Source: a virus (taxonomy: Duplodnaviria > Caudoviricetes). From it: a stretch of 54,897 bases of DNA. Under the pieces are notes generated by a model. It was given only the letters and a program-made list of their open reading frames with translations. It was not told the DNA's origin and made no database searches. This document shows positions 6,136 through 16,600 of the stretch, in pieces. Location of the stretch: the IMG/VR virus record IMGVR_UViG_3300009505_000017, positions 1 to 54,897 of that record. The stretch is one strand, 5' to 3'. Position 1 is the stretch's first letter; each line of letters begins with the position of its first letter. The position numbers were made by a program, and so were the translations under genes.

Positions 6136-8568
6136 ATGAGCAATAACGTAACAATATTTAGAAACATAAAAGACACATCTACTCCGTTCTTTAAAGATAT
6201 GGCATCTATTCTTGATAGAATGAAAGATGGCAAGTCTAAGGATTTGATTAAGCAGATTAGGTCAGAGAAGAATAAAGAGGTTCGACAGGAACTAAAAAAG
6301 AATTTACCAGCAATTTGTTTTTCTGGAACATTTAATAAAAGAAATGATGATAGCATCATTGAACATAGTGGATTCATTTGCTTAGACTTTGATGGATACA
6401 AGACTAAAAAAGATATGTTAGCCGAAAAGGAAAGGTTATCAAAGGATAGATTCACATATTCTGTATTTGTATCGCCAAGTGGTAACGGATTAAAGTCTTT
6501 AGTAAAGATACCTGCAGATATTGAGAATCACAAGAACTACTTTACATCATTAGAAAAACATTATAACTCAGAATATTTCGATAAGACAAGTAAGAACATA
6601 TCAAGAGTATGTTACGAGTCTTACGATCCATTAATATTTATTAACTTAAACTCAAATGTTTGGGATAAGATTGAGGAACAGGAATACAAGGTTGTAGACA
6701 AATACTCTTCGAGACCAACTATACCAATAACAAATGAGAATAAGATAGTAGAAATACTTATGACTTGGTGGACAAGAAAGTACGGATTAGTAGATGGTGA
6801 AAGAAACAATAACGTTTATATACTCGCTGCTGCATTTAATGACTATGGAATTAGCAAATCATTAGCAGAGTATATCATGTCTCAGTTTGAATCAAAAACA
6901 TTTACTTCACAAGAGATAAAGACCACTATAGCATCAGCATACAGTCAGACACAAAACTTTGGGTCTAAGTATTATGAGGATGAGGATCAAGTTAATTCTG
7001 TTAAGATGAAACTAAAACGTGGAGTATCAAAAAAGGAAATTCGTCTTCAGTTAGCTGAATCCAATATTGAAGACGCTGTAGTTGAAGCTGTATTAACTTC
7101 TATTGAAGAAGATGAAAGCGACAAGAGATTCTGGAGTAAGAATGAGAAAGGTGTTATAACAATGATACACTACTTGTTTAGGGATTTTCTTGAGGACAAT
7201 GGATTCAAGAAGTTTTGTCCAGAGGGGAGTAAGAACTTTATATTTGTTAGAGTTACCAATAACCTTATAGACCACACTACAGAAGAAGAAATAAAAGACT
7301 TTGTACTTGGTTATCTTGAAAAGTTAGATGATATGTCTGTATATAATTTCTTTGCAGACAAAACTAGATTCTTTAGAGAAGAATTTCTTTCCCTGTTAGG
7401 TACTGTTGACGTTTACTTTGTAGAGGACGACAGGGACACAGCATATCTTTATTATAGAAATTGTGCTGTAAAAGTAACAAAGGATGGAAAGACCGCTATA
7501 GACTATCTAGACTTAGGTGGACACGTTTGGAAGGACCAGGTTATTGATAGAGACTTCCAAGTATGTGAGTCTTTTGAATGTGATTACAAAACATTCATAA
7601 AGAATATATCAGGAGATGATAAGCATAACATGAAGTCAATGAGAAGTACTATCGGATTTATGTTACACGCATATAAAAATTTAGCATACTGTCCTGCAAT
7701 AATATTAAATGATGAATCAGTATCGGAAGATCCTGAAGGAGGGACAGGTAAAGGTTTGTTTATCAATGCACTATCTCAAATGAAGAAGTTAGTTGTTATA
7801 GATGGTAAGGCTTTTAATTTTGAGAAAAGCTTTGCCTATCAATTAGTTTCAGCAGATACACAGATACTTTGTTTTGATGATGTAAAGAAGCATTTTGATT
7901 TTGAAAGATTATTTAGTGTAGTCACAGAAGGAATGACTCTTGAAAAGAAAAATAAAGATGCTATCAAGATACCATTTAGCAGGTCTCCAAAGGTAGCTAT
8001 AACAACAAACTACGCAATAAAGGGAAGAGGTAATTCATTTGAAAGACGAAAGTGGGAATTAGAGTTTAGACAATTCTATACAAAAGATTTTACCCCATTA
8101 GTAGAATTTGGAAAGTTATTATTTTCAGATTGGTCAGTAGAAGAATGGTGTGCATTTGATAATTATATGATTGAGAATGTTATGTTCTACCTGAACAATG
8201 GCTTGATAAAAGGTAATTGGAAAAACTCAAGTATAAAGACATTAGGTTCTAATACGTCACAAGACTTTATTGAGTGGTGTGATTTAACTTCTTCAGAGGT
8301 AACTAATGGAGTTATAAGACTTGACGAAAAACTATACACTAATGACCTTTATAATGAATTTGTTCAGGATAACCCTGACTTTTCAAGAACAGGAAAGAGA
8401 ACTGTATCAAGAACTGAATTTAATAAGTGGTTAAGATACTACGGAAAGTATAAGACAGGAAATGAGCCTAAGACCAATAGAGATATGCAGGGTAAATGGA
8501 TTATGTTTATAACAAATAATACAGCAAAAAATGAAGAAGAAAAAGACGAAACTAGACTTCCATTCTGA
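6136..8568 (+). CDS. Primase-helicase (BT4734/VirE-N primase, PriCT-like region, P-loop helicase)
   Basis: KKNLPAICFSGTF..HSGFICLDFD..FVSPSGNGLK (VirE-N/BT4734); GERNN (PriCT); Walker A PEGGTGKG, Walker B ILCFDD, motif C ITTN. Confidence 0.88.
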   Translation: MSNNVTIFRNIKDTSTPFFKDMASILDRMKDGKSKDLIKQIRSEKNKEVRQELKKNLPAICFSGTFNKRNDDSIIEHSGFICLDFDGYKTKKDMLAEKERLSKDRFTYSVFVSPSGNGLKSLVKIPADIENHKNYFTSLEKHYNSEYFDKTSKNISRVCYESYDPLIFINLNSNVWDKIEEQEYKVVDKYSSRPTIPITNENKIVEILMTWWTRKYGLVDGERNNNVYILAAAFNDYGISKSLAEYIMSQFESKTFTSQEIKTTIASAYSQTQNFGSKYYEDEDQVNSVKMKLKRGVSKKEIRLQLAESNIEDAVVEAVLTSIEEDESDKRFWSKNEKGVITMIHYLFRDFLEDNGFKKFCPEGSKNFIFVRVTNNLIDHTTEEEIKDFVLGYLEKLDDMSVYNFFADKTRFFREEFLSLLGTVDVYFVEDDRDTAYLYYRNCAVKVTKDGKTAIDYLDLGGHVWKDQVIDRDFQVCESFECDYKTFIKNISGDDKHNMKSMRSTIGFMLHAYKNLAYCPAIILNDESVSEDPEGGTGKGLFINALSQMKKLVVIDGKAFNFEKSFAYQLVSADTQILCFDDVKKHFDFERLFSVVTEGMTLEKKNKDAIKIPFSRSPKVAITTNYAIKGRGNSFERRKWELEFRQFYTKDFTPLVEFGKLLFSDWSVEEWCAFDNYMIENVMFYLNNGLIKGNWKNSSIKTLGSNTSQDFIEWCDLTSSEVTNGVIRLDEKLYTNDLYNEFVQDNPDFSRTGKRTVSRTEFNKWLRYYGKYKTGNEPKTNRDMQGKWIMFITNNTAKNEEEKDETRLPF

Positions 8569-8821
8569 TTTTAATTGGTGTGTTGATAATGACTTCCAGG
8601 TTTATATAAAGCCAATGGAATTAACTGGTCATTGTAGAATTGCAGTAAGAAAAGGAGGTATATCTACTCAAGGTAAACCTTCTCTCTACTGTAAGGAAAA
8701 AGATATAACAATTTACAGCAAAGAAACATTAGGATCTGTATTGTATAAGAATCAAAATAAAGCTGCTGAGAAATTGCCAGAGGTGTTGAACTATTTAAGA
8801 AATTTATATGGAAAAGTTTGA
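8531..8821 (+). CDS. Hypothetical protein
   Basis: 96-aa ORF overlapping the primase end. Confidence 0.75.
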   Translation: MKKKKTKLDFHSDFNWCVDNDFQVYIKPMELTGHCRIAVRKGGISTQGKPSLYCKEKDITIYSKETLGSVLYKNQNKAAEKLPEVLNYLRNLYGKV

Positions 8822-9059
8822 AGGTTATTACGATTATGACGAAGTTTATTATGGTATGTTGAATTCATACGAAATGGTAGTTTACAACGTTCCTTTATCA
8901 GATGTAATTATTAGAGATGTGGAGTTTTTTATACATGATATAACTAAGCCTATTACTGTAGATGTTGTAGACGATCTTATTCAGTATTTTGAAGACATGG
9001 AAGACTATGAGAAATGTAAGATTTTATTGGAAAAAAGAAAAGAATATGATACAATTTAG
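8808..9059 (+). CDS. Acidic hypothetical protein with UVR-like C-terminal helix pair
   Basis: DLIQYFEDMEDYEKCKILLE resembles the UvrB/UvrC interaction motif (E.YE.A..L). Confidence 0.65.
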   Translation: MEKFEGYYDYDEVYYGMLNSYEMVVYNVPLSDVIIRDVEFFIHDITKPITVDVVDDLIQYFEDMEDYEKCKILLEKRKEYDTI

Positions 9060-10284
9060 AGATTATCAACAAAACATTATAGATAAGGGAACAGAAGTTT
9101 TATTAACTAAGAAATTTCTGTACCTGTCTATGGAGGTGAGAACAGGTAAGACACTTACCTCTCTAGGTATTCTAGATAAGATGATGAGTGTGAACAGAGT
9201 ATTGTTCATCACGAAGAAGAGAGCAATAAGCTCGATAGAATCAGATTACAATCTGCTTGATCCAGACTATGAACTGCAAGTTATAAACTATGAATCACTT
9301 CACAAGATCGACCAAGCAGTTTGGGATGCTGTAGTTTGTGATGAAGCACATGGTATGGGAGCTTTCCCAAAGCCAAGTAAAAGAGCCAAAGCTGTATCTG
9401 AACTTATTAGAAAAAACAAACCATATGTTATATTACTTTCAGGCACGCCAACGCCTGAGTCTTATAGTCAAATGTATCATCAAGTATATTCAATTCCAAA
9501 CAATCCATTTAATAAATATTCTAACTTTTATAAATTTGCTAGTGACTACGTAACAGTTACCACTAAAAGAATAGGTGGATTTATGGTGAATGATTATTCT
9601 GATGCCAAGGAAACCATAATTGATGACATGAATCCTTATACTATTTCATATACACAAAAAGAAGCAGGATTTGAATCTTCTATAAAAGAAAAAATTTTGT
9701 TTGTCGATGCTCCTGAAAGTTTAATGGTTATGTGTTCTAAGTTAAAGAAGCTGCTTGTTCTGGAAGGTGAAGATGAAGTTATACTAGCTGATACAAGTGT
9801 AAAGCTTATGCAGAAGCTACATCAAATGTATAGTGGTACTGTTAAGTTTGAAAGTGGAAATTCCATGGTCCTTGATTTGTTTAAAGCTGAATACATATAC
9901 GATAATTTTTGTTGTAATAAAATAGGAATATTCTATAAGTTTAAGGAAGAGCTTAACGCAATTAAGAAAGTCTATGGAGATAGTATATGCACTGATTTAG
10001 ATGAGTTTAACAGCACAGATAAGTCTATAGCCTTGCAAATTGTCAGTGGAAGAGAAGGAATATCTTTGCGTAATGCTAAATATTTAGTATATTACAACAT
10101 AGATTTTAGTGCTACAAGTTACTGGCAATCAAGAGATAGAATGACCACCAAAGAAAGACTTGAAAACGAAGTGTTTTGGATTTTCACAGAAGGAGGAATA
10201 GAAAGTAAAATATATAAAGCAGTAAGCAAAAAGAAGAATTATACTCTAAATCATTTCAAAAGAGATTTATTAACTTTAAATTAA
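9046..10284 (+). CDS. Superfamily 2 (SNF2/DEAD-like) helicase
   Basis: Q-motif FRDYQ, Walker A EVRTGKT, DEAH, LSGTP, GREGISL, QSRDR; start placed at MIQFRDYQ rather than 8989. Confidence 0.9.
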   Translation: MIQFRDYQQNIIDKGTEVLLTKKFLYLSMEVRTGKTLTSLGILDKMMSVNRVLFITKKRAISSIESDYNLLDPDYELQVINYESLHKIDQAVWDAVVCDEAHGMGAFPKPSKRAKAVSELIRKNKPYVILLSGTPTPESYSQMYHQVYSIPNNPFNKYSNFYKFASDYVTVTTKRIGGFMVNDYSDAKETIIDDMNPYTISYTQKEAGFESSIKEKILFVDAPESLMVMCSKLKKLLVLEGEDEVILADTSVKLMQKLHQMYSGTVKFESGNSMVLDLFKAEYIYDNFCCNKIGIFYKFKEELNAIKKVYGDSICTDLDEFNSTDKSIALQIVSGREGISLRNAKYLVYYNIDFSATSYWQSRDRMTTKERLENEVFWIFTEGGIESKIYKAVSKKKNYTLNHFKRDLLTLN

Positions 10285-10289
10285 ATACA

Positions 10290-10652
10290 ATGAAAAAACT
10301 AAAAAAAGTACAGGAACATTTTAAATTTAAACTAACAGATAACTGGTCTAATGAATGTTATTTTTACATTTATGAAGATTCAACAGCTGATGGGTATTCA
10401 GTATATATAGCTACTGAAGACACCAGTAATATTAATGTCAATGAAGATGTACATTATTACGATTCAGACTTAACTAATTCTTTAACAGAAGCTATAAGGG
10501 CGCTAGAGTATCTTGATAAAGAGGGGCAAAATATTTATATTGATGATATAAACTCAGAATTTGTAGAAGAGGCAATGGAAGAATTATATGAATTAGTTAT
10601 AAATAAAACAATGGAAACGTTAAACAAATTAATAGACAAAAAAAATGATTGA
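10290..10652 (+). CDS. Acidic hypothetical protein
   Basis: 120-aa D/E-rich ORF between helicase and nuclease. Confidence 0.8.
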   Translation: MKKLKKVQEHFKFKLTDNWSNECYFYIYEDSTADGYSVYIATEDTSNINVNEDVHYYDSDLTNSLTEAIRALEYLDKEGQNIYIDDINSEFVEEAMEELYELVINKTMETLNKLIDKKND

Positions 10653-10740
10653 ATCAATTGGTTGGCTATGTTTAGCCTGGGTAGTAATGATAGTAGGAAA
10701 GGAAATAGCTAAGAAGTTATGGCCAGAAGACTGGAAATAA
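10645..10740 (+). CDS. Small single-pass membrane peptide (31 aa; not in track)
   Basis: MIESIGWLCLAWVVMIVGKEIAKKLWPEDWK; overlaps the upstream stop and is TAATG-coupled to the next gene. Confidence 0.65.
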   Translation: MIESIGWLCLAWVVMIVGKEIAKKLWPEDWK

Positions 10741-10979
10741 TGACGGAACAACAGATACAAGCGAAAAGAATTAAACAATTAGAAGCTGAAGGGTACTATG
10801 TTATCAAGCTTATTAAGACTAATAAGAATGGTATACCTGATCTTGTTGCTATACCTCCTAACTGTGGGGTTATATTTTCAGAAGTAAAAAAGCCAAAGGG
10901 CAGGGTGTCTGCCTTACAAGAATTTAGATTAAAAGAATTAGAAAAACATGGAGTCAGAACAGAAATATATAGAGGATGA
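10740..10979 (+). CDS. VRR-NUC domain nuclease (probable Holliday junction resolvase)
   Basis: MTEQQIQ..GIPDL..FSEVKKPKGRVSALQ, a PD-(D/E)XK VRR-NUC signature. Confidence 0.88.
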   Translation: MTEQQIQAKRIKQLEAEGYYVIKLIKTNKNGIPDLVAIPPNCGVIFSEVKKPKGRVSALQEFRLKELEKHGVRTEIYRG

Positions 10980-11262
10980 ATTTGAATTGGACGAGTACTT
11001 TCTAAAACAAATGCATACATTTGAATTGGATGTAAAAAATAAAATAGCATCTAAAATAGATGAGCTAATAGGGTTAAAAAGCACAGCTGGAAAAATACAA
11101 AGCATAGCTGGTTATATTAATTTAAAAAAAGATATTGATATATTTTTTGTTTTAGATTACTATAGAGAAGCTGATTGCGCTCCTACTGTGCTAATAGACG
11201 TTAACGAAATAGAAGTAGACAGATACCTAGACTATATAAACTCTAATAAATATATTAAATGA
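10948..11262 (+). CDS. Hypothetical protein
   Basis: 104-aa ORF, coupled on both sides. Confidence 0.75.
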   Translation: MESEQKYIEDEFELDEYFLKQMHTFELDVKNKIASKIDELIGLKSTAGKIQSIAGYINLKKDIDIFFVLDYYREADCAPTVLIDVNEIEVDRYLDYINSNKYIK

Positions 11263-11627
11263 AAAATTCAGAAAAATTAATAATAGAAGCTGTAGAGTCA
11301 GCAACTGGGGTTTTGGATATAATGAAAAAGACTAGAAAAAGAGAGCATGTTGATGCCAGGCGAATAGCTTACATGATATTCAGGGAAACACAGTTTTACA
11401 CGTTTGAAAAAATAGGTGAATTGTTTAATAGAAATCATGCAACTGTATTGTTTGGGATTAGATCAGGTCAATCACTTATAGATTTTGACCCAAAGTTTAA
11501 AGAAAACTATTTACAATGCCTTGCTGAGATTAGGACTATAAACACTGAAAAAGAACAGATAAGACAAAAAATATTAGATTTAAAAAGAAAGTTATTAACA
11601 CTAGAAAAAATAGAAAATGGATTATAA
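11259..11627 (+). CDS. DnaA domain IV-like DNA-binding protein with C-terminal coiled coil
   Basis: KTRKREHVDARRIAYMI..TFEKIGELFNRNHATVLFG closely follows the DnaA C-terminal HTH signature. Confidence 0.8.
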   Translation: MKNSEKLIIEAVESATGVLDIMKKTRKREHVDARRIAYMIFRETQFYTFEKIGELFNRNHATVLFGIRSGQSLIDFDPKFKENYLQCLAEIRTINTEKEQIRQKILDLKRKLLTLEKIENGL

Positions 11628-11850
11628 ATTTGAAGACATACAGAAGATAATAGACTTTAAAAGTTGGGCAGATAAAAAGAAGATTGATGAGCTTCTTAGA
11701 ATTGATTGTACGATGTACACTAACCTGGGATTAGATAGTTTAAAGAAAGATCGTGAAGAAACAAAAAGAAGATCAAAAGTCATTTACAAAGCTATATCTA
11801 AGATAGATGAGGCTTTTGGTAAAAGCCTAATATACCAAATGGATAGTTAA
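11617..11850 (+). CDS. Hypothetical protein
   Basis: 77-aa ORF in operon. Confidence 0.8.
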   Translation: MDYKFEDIQKIIDFKSWADKKKIDELLRIDCTMYTNLGLDSLKKDREETKRRSKVIYKAISKIDEAFGKSLIYQMDS

Positions 11851-11905
11851 TAACTATTTTGTTTTTTATTGTTTTTTTATGTTAAATTTAGGAAACAATT
11901 ATAAA

Positions 11906-12094
11906 ATGGCAATACAAATACACAACCATAATTCCATAAAATTTATAAATCTTTTAATGGAAAGAATAAATTCACTTAGTGATGATATTTACGAATCACT
12001 AATGGATGAAGATACTGAATCTCTAAAGTCCTCAATAAGAGAGTTGCAAATAGTTTTACGAGAAACACAAAAAACAACTGAAGATGAGTACTAA
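11906..12094 (+). CDS. Hypothetical helical protein
   Basis: ORF 11879-12094; second Met (11906) has the better A-rich context. Confidence 0.65.
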   Translation: MAIQIHNHNSIKFINLLMERINSLSDDIYESLMDEDTESLKSSIRELQIVLRETQKTTEDEY

Positions 12095-13118
12095 TAAAGA
12101 CGCAGGATACAGACCAAGACTTACTGATGAAGAAAGTGAAATGGTAAAAAACCATAGAGCATTAAAAATAGAATGCGAAACCAACGGAATACCAATGAGC
12201 GATGTAAATCATTATTGGTATAAGGGTAAAAGCTTCTCTCTTCATGTGAAAAATAATGGAGTAAGTCTTGACAAAGTGAGACAGGACATAATCAAGGCTA
12301 TGAATAGTCATTCTCCTTCATATCCTAAGATAAAAAGAACTAAGTCAGAGACTGGTCACTTATTAGTTATAGATCCTGCTGATATACACATAGGAAAGCT
12401 TGCAACCAGCTTTGAAACAGGCGAAGATTATAACTCTCAGATAGCAGTAAAAAGGGTTAAGAAAGGCGTAAAAGGAATTTTACAAAAATCAAATGGATTT
12501 AATATAGATAAAATTCTTTTTGTTGGTGGTAACGATATACTTCATATAGACGAACCTCATAGAAAAACTACTGCAGGAACACCTCAAGATACTGATGGGA
12601 TGTGGTATGAAAACTTTATGACTGCTAAAAAACTTTACATAGATATTCTAGAGACATTGATGTCTGTAGCTGATGTTCATTTTGTATACAATCCTAGTAA
12701 CCACGATTATATATCTGGATTTATGTTATCCGATTCTATACAGTCTTGGTTTAGAAAGTCTAAGAATATAACATTTGATTGTAGTATAGCTCATAGAAAG
12801 GGATTTAAGTATGGTCAAAATTTAATTGGAACTACACATGGAGATGGAGCAAAGCTAGCTGACCTTCCGTTAATAATGGCTAATGAGTTTTCAAGAGAAT
12901 GGGCTGATACAAAACATAGATATGTTTATACTCACCACATACACCACAAAAGTTCAAAAGACTATCATGGAATTACAGTTGAATCATTGAGATCTCCAAG
13001 CGGATCAGATTCCTGGCATCATAGAAAAGGATATGGAGTTGGTGGCATAAAAGCAGTAGAAGGTTTTATACATTCAAAAGACCATGGTCAAGTAGCAAGG
13101 TTAACTCATATCTTTTAA
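12084..13118 (+). CDS. Calcineurin-like metallophosphoesterase
   Basis: ADIHIG, GGND, PSNHD, THGD, HHIHH metal-binding motifs. Confidence 0.85.
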   Translation: MSTNKDAGYRPRLTDEESEMVKNHRALKIECETNGIPMSDVNHYWYKGKSFSLHVKNNGVSLDKVRQDIIKAMNSHSPSYPKIKRTKSETGHLLVIDPADIHIGKLATSFETGEDYNSQIAVKRVKKGVKGILQKSNGFNIDKILFVGGNDILHIDEPHRKTTAGTPQDTDGMWYENFMTAKKLYIDILETLMSVADVHFVYNPSNHDYISGFMLSDSIQSWFRKSKNITFDCSIAHRKGFKYGQNLIGTTHGDGAKLADLPLIMANEFSREWADTKHRYVYTHHIHHKSSKDYHGITVESLRSPSGSDSWHHRKGYGVGGIKAVEGFIHSKDHGQVARLTHIF

Positions 13119-13120
13119 TT

Positions 13121-13216
13121 ATGAAAGATAAATATTTTACAAAAATATTTGCATGGATAATTATATTGATAGTAACTTTTTTTATTTGGTCTAGTGTTTA
13201 TACATGGATATTTTAA
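13121..13216 (+). CDS. Small membrane peptide (31 aa; not in track)
   Basis: MKDKYFTKIFAWIIILIVTFFIWSSVYTWIF, one hydrophobic helix; fills the gap between two genes. Confidence 0.55.
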   Translation: MKDKYFTKIFAWIIILIVTFFIWSSVYTWIF

Positions 13217-13548
13217 TGATTAAAAAAGAATGGCACTTTATGGATAAGGCTAAACAAAGAAAACAAACTCCAGTTTATACAGGGGTGTTGATGTATTTCC
13301 CAGATGCTATAAAAGAAATAGCACAATGCAGTTATGCAGGGCAACAACAACATAACCCTGACCTTCCGTTAAATTGGGATAGAGATAAGTCAGGAGACGA
13401 ATTAGACGCTCTTACAAGGCACTTAATGGAATGTGGCACTGTAGATTCCGATGGAGTTAGACACTCGGCTAAAGTAGCCTGGAGAGCCTTAGCTAACCTA
13501 CAAAAAGAAATTGAAAATGAAAGAACACATAACAAGTCAAATTATTAA
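13204..13548 (+). CDS. dATP/dGTP diphosphohydrolase-like protein (DUF5664 type)
   Basis: FPDAIKEIAQCSYAG..NW..DALTRHL..DSDGVRHSAKVAWRALA pattern; start uncertain (13204, 13217 region or 13240). Confidence 0.7.
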   Translation: MDILMIKKEWHFMDKAKQRKQTPVYTGVLMYFPDAIKEIAQCSYAGQQQHNPDLPLNWDRDKSGDELDALTRHLMECGTVDSDGVRHSAKVAWRALANLQKEIENERTHNKSNY

Positions 13549-13627
13549 AGAAAAGCTCAAGCCAAAGCCTAATTATAATTTAATAAGAAAGCTTCAGCAA
13601 TTGTTAGACGAGCCTAAAAAAAAATCA

Positions 13628-16600
13628 TCAGAAGTCTAAATTTTTAAGTTCATCTTCTAGTTTTTTTATTTTTCTACCAGCAGGCGAATTTTTCTGTTGT
13701 TTTCTAGCTTTAGATTTTCTAGCTTTTCTTTTTTTAAGTTCTCTTTCTCCATAGATTATTTTAAAATCTTCATCACTTAATTTTAAATCTTGCTGTTTAG
13801 AAGCTTTTATGTCAGACCAATTCTGAGCCATCATATATCTTCTTATATCCTTGTATAGTGGTAATGGTACTCCTGTAAACTGACTAGCCTCTAAAGCAGT
13901 TCTTAATGTCATAAACTCAGCTGCTGCTCTGTCGGCAACTTTTTTATCTTTGCTTCCCATTTTAGCAAGTAAATCACCCATTCTTAATAAACTACTAGCT
14001 TGTGGAGCTAAAGGCCCTGCACCAATTCTTATTGCCGACTCAGCTACACCTTCTTTCTCTAATTTTTGTTGGTTTATTACACTAAATATAATAGAATGTA
14101 TATATGGATTATATCCTTTGCCATCTTTGTCTGACCATAAACCTAAATCTTCTCCATATTCCTCGTTTAATTTTTCAATAGCTAAATTTATTGGAATCAT
14201 AGGAAAGTTTCCTGAAGTACCTCTTGTTATTAAAGAAACTCCTGCACCTGCTAATTGTCTAGTGGTTAACTCTTCATAATCTATGTCATCTTTATCATCA
14301 AGTCCTAACACTCCATTGAACATAGAAGCTAGTGCTTTGTACATAACAACGTACAAACTCATTCTAGTCATGATTCCTGCTAATGTAGCACCTCCTTTTA
14401 TAGCACCCATTTCTCCTTGTCCAACCATAGAAGCAACAGCTTGTCTTGCTGTTACAAATTCATTGATAGTAAACCGAGCCATATAGGAGTTTATTGACTT
14501 ATATAATATCATTCTAGCACCATCTTGATCTGAGAGTTGATTTTTCAACACGCCACTAAAGGGGTCATTAGATGTTGCCGCTTGAGTAACTTTAGCATCA
14601 GCTGCTCTCTTGGCAGCTTGAATAGCATCTGCATACTTAGTCATGTATGCTTCGTCATTTTTTGATATTTTATCTGCGTCCATGTCTTGACCAGTTTCCT
14701 GTTTAAAAACCTTAGCAAAAGTTCCAAAAAATAAAGGTCTTGAAATCATTTTATCAGGAGTACTTAATAAATTATCTGCCAAAAACTCTGAACCATCTGC
14801 AAACTTTTTACCAAATCGAGCTGCGTATTGAAAAGTACTTTTAACATTACTACCACTAGCTCGTTTACTTCCTTTTTTGTTTCTAACTACACCAGCGTTT
14901 TCTGATTTAGAACCTCCTAGTATTTCTGAACCCCAATTTTTAGTTACAGTTGTAGACCCTACATTTTCTGCAAAAGACAATCCGTTTTGCATTAAAGATA
15001 ATTTTGAATATTTTCCTAACCCTAATGCTAATTCTTTAGGAGCTGACATCAATCCAAATGTCAAGTTACTTCCAAGTTCTGCCACAGCTCTTGGAGCAGA
15101 TGCTAGCGTACTATAATAACCAATTTTTCTTGCTGAATCAAACCACTTTCCTCCTATAACGTCTGTACTAAAATTACTAGACAAAACCTTATTAATAGAT
15201 TCATCATATGCTCTTGACAAAGAAACAGTTGCTTCTATTACTTCTTTTGTAGCATTGTCTTGTTCAGAAAGTTTAGTTAATTGAGTTAAAGCTTTTCTAG
15301 ATGTTTGTATTTCATTAGTTAAATAGTAATCCATACCTGCCATTCTTAAAGCTCTTAGTGCTGTAGCTACAGGATCAAAATCAATTGCCTTTGCTCCTGG
15401 AGTTCTACTTATAGATGTTTTAGATTCAGTACTTGTTTGTGGATTTATGTAGTTTTTCTGTGATATTAATTGTTGGTCTAATTTGTCAGTTGTAGCATCA
15501 ACTTTGTGATGAACATAATTGTTCAATAAGTCTAATTTATTACCTCTTACAATAGTTGTCGCATAGGCTTGCTTGTCGCCTAAAGCACCATAAATTTCCT
15601 GCATTATACCTATCGCCTTCATTACTTGTGGAGATAAATTTTGTTTCATCTTCTTAGTTGTAATGACTCCTCCTTCGCTATTCTTTGCTTTTATATCGAG
15701 TAATATATCTATGTCAGCTTGAGTATAATTGCTTTTTGTTTTAGAATTGTTAAAGTTTTCTACAGTCTTGTCTATAAATTTATTTGCTTCTGCAACTCCT
15801 TTATTACCTGCGTTTGATTCGCTTTCTAAAGCTAGTAAGTATGTTTGTATTTCAAACCTTCTTCTTACTGCAGGATTAGTTCCTTCTTTGTAAGTAGGAG
15901 CTATTATCTGTTCTACAGCATCAAGCTTATCTGTTAGTCTTCCTGACCAAGTTTTAAACTGACTGTACTTTGTGGCTATTGGTTCAAAACTATTATTTCT
16001 TATAGTGTTGTTTTTATAGTTTCCAAAAGCATTATCTACTGCAGATAAAGGATTAGTCCTTAGCATCTCTAATGATGTTGTGGAATTTGCTCCCCTTTTT
16101 GTGGCGTTTTTTAAACCAGCTTTTAAAGCAGCTTCGGCCCTGCTTTTGACCATAGCTATTTTATTTTTAGTAGTTCCATATTTGTCTACTAAAGGACGCA
16201 TGTCATAAGCCCTACTATTTATTGACTGACCAAGTTTGTTTGCAGCGTGTGTATAATGACCATTATTAATGTTTTCAAGACTAACTTCTAATAAATCTAA
16301 TTGCTTACCTGTTAAGCCAATTAGGTCGCTGTCTTTAATGTTTTGAAACACTTGAACACCACCTGCTTCTTTAGTTGTGTTGTCAAGGCTTTTTAAACTT
16401 ATACCCTTAGACCTAGATTTTATTTTTGTTATAATGGCCTGTCTATTCTCAGCAAATTTATTAGCAGCTTCTACAAGCTCTTGATTTTCATCAGTCTCTG
16501 CTGAGTTAATTTTATCTATAAGAGTTTGTAATGTAAATGAATCTAGTTTATCTAAGTCGTTTTCAATAAACTTAGAATCTTCTGATATTAAAGTTTCACC

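Noticed and set aside
13204-13548. 2-aminoadenine (Z) genome pathway
   Set aside because: No PurZ, DatZ or dedicated polymerase seen; a DUF5664-like gene alone is not enough
13517-13639. 40-aa ORF MKEHITSQIIKEKLKPKPNYNLIRKLQQLLDEPKKKSSEV at the convergence point
   Set aside because: Plausible but overlaps both neighbours and has no supporting motif; not listed as a feature
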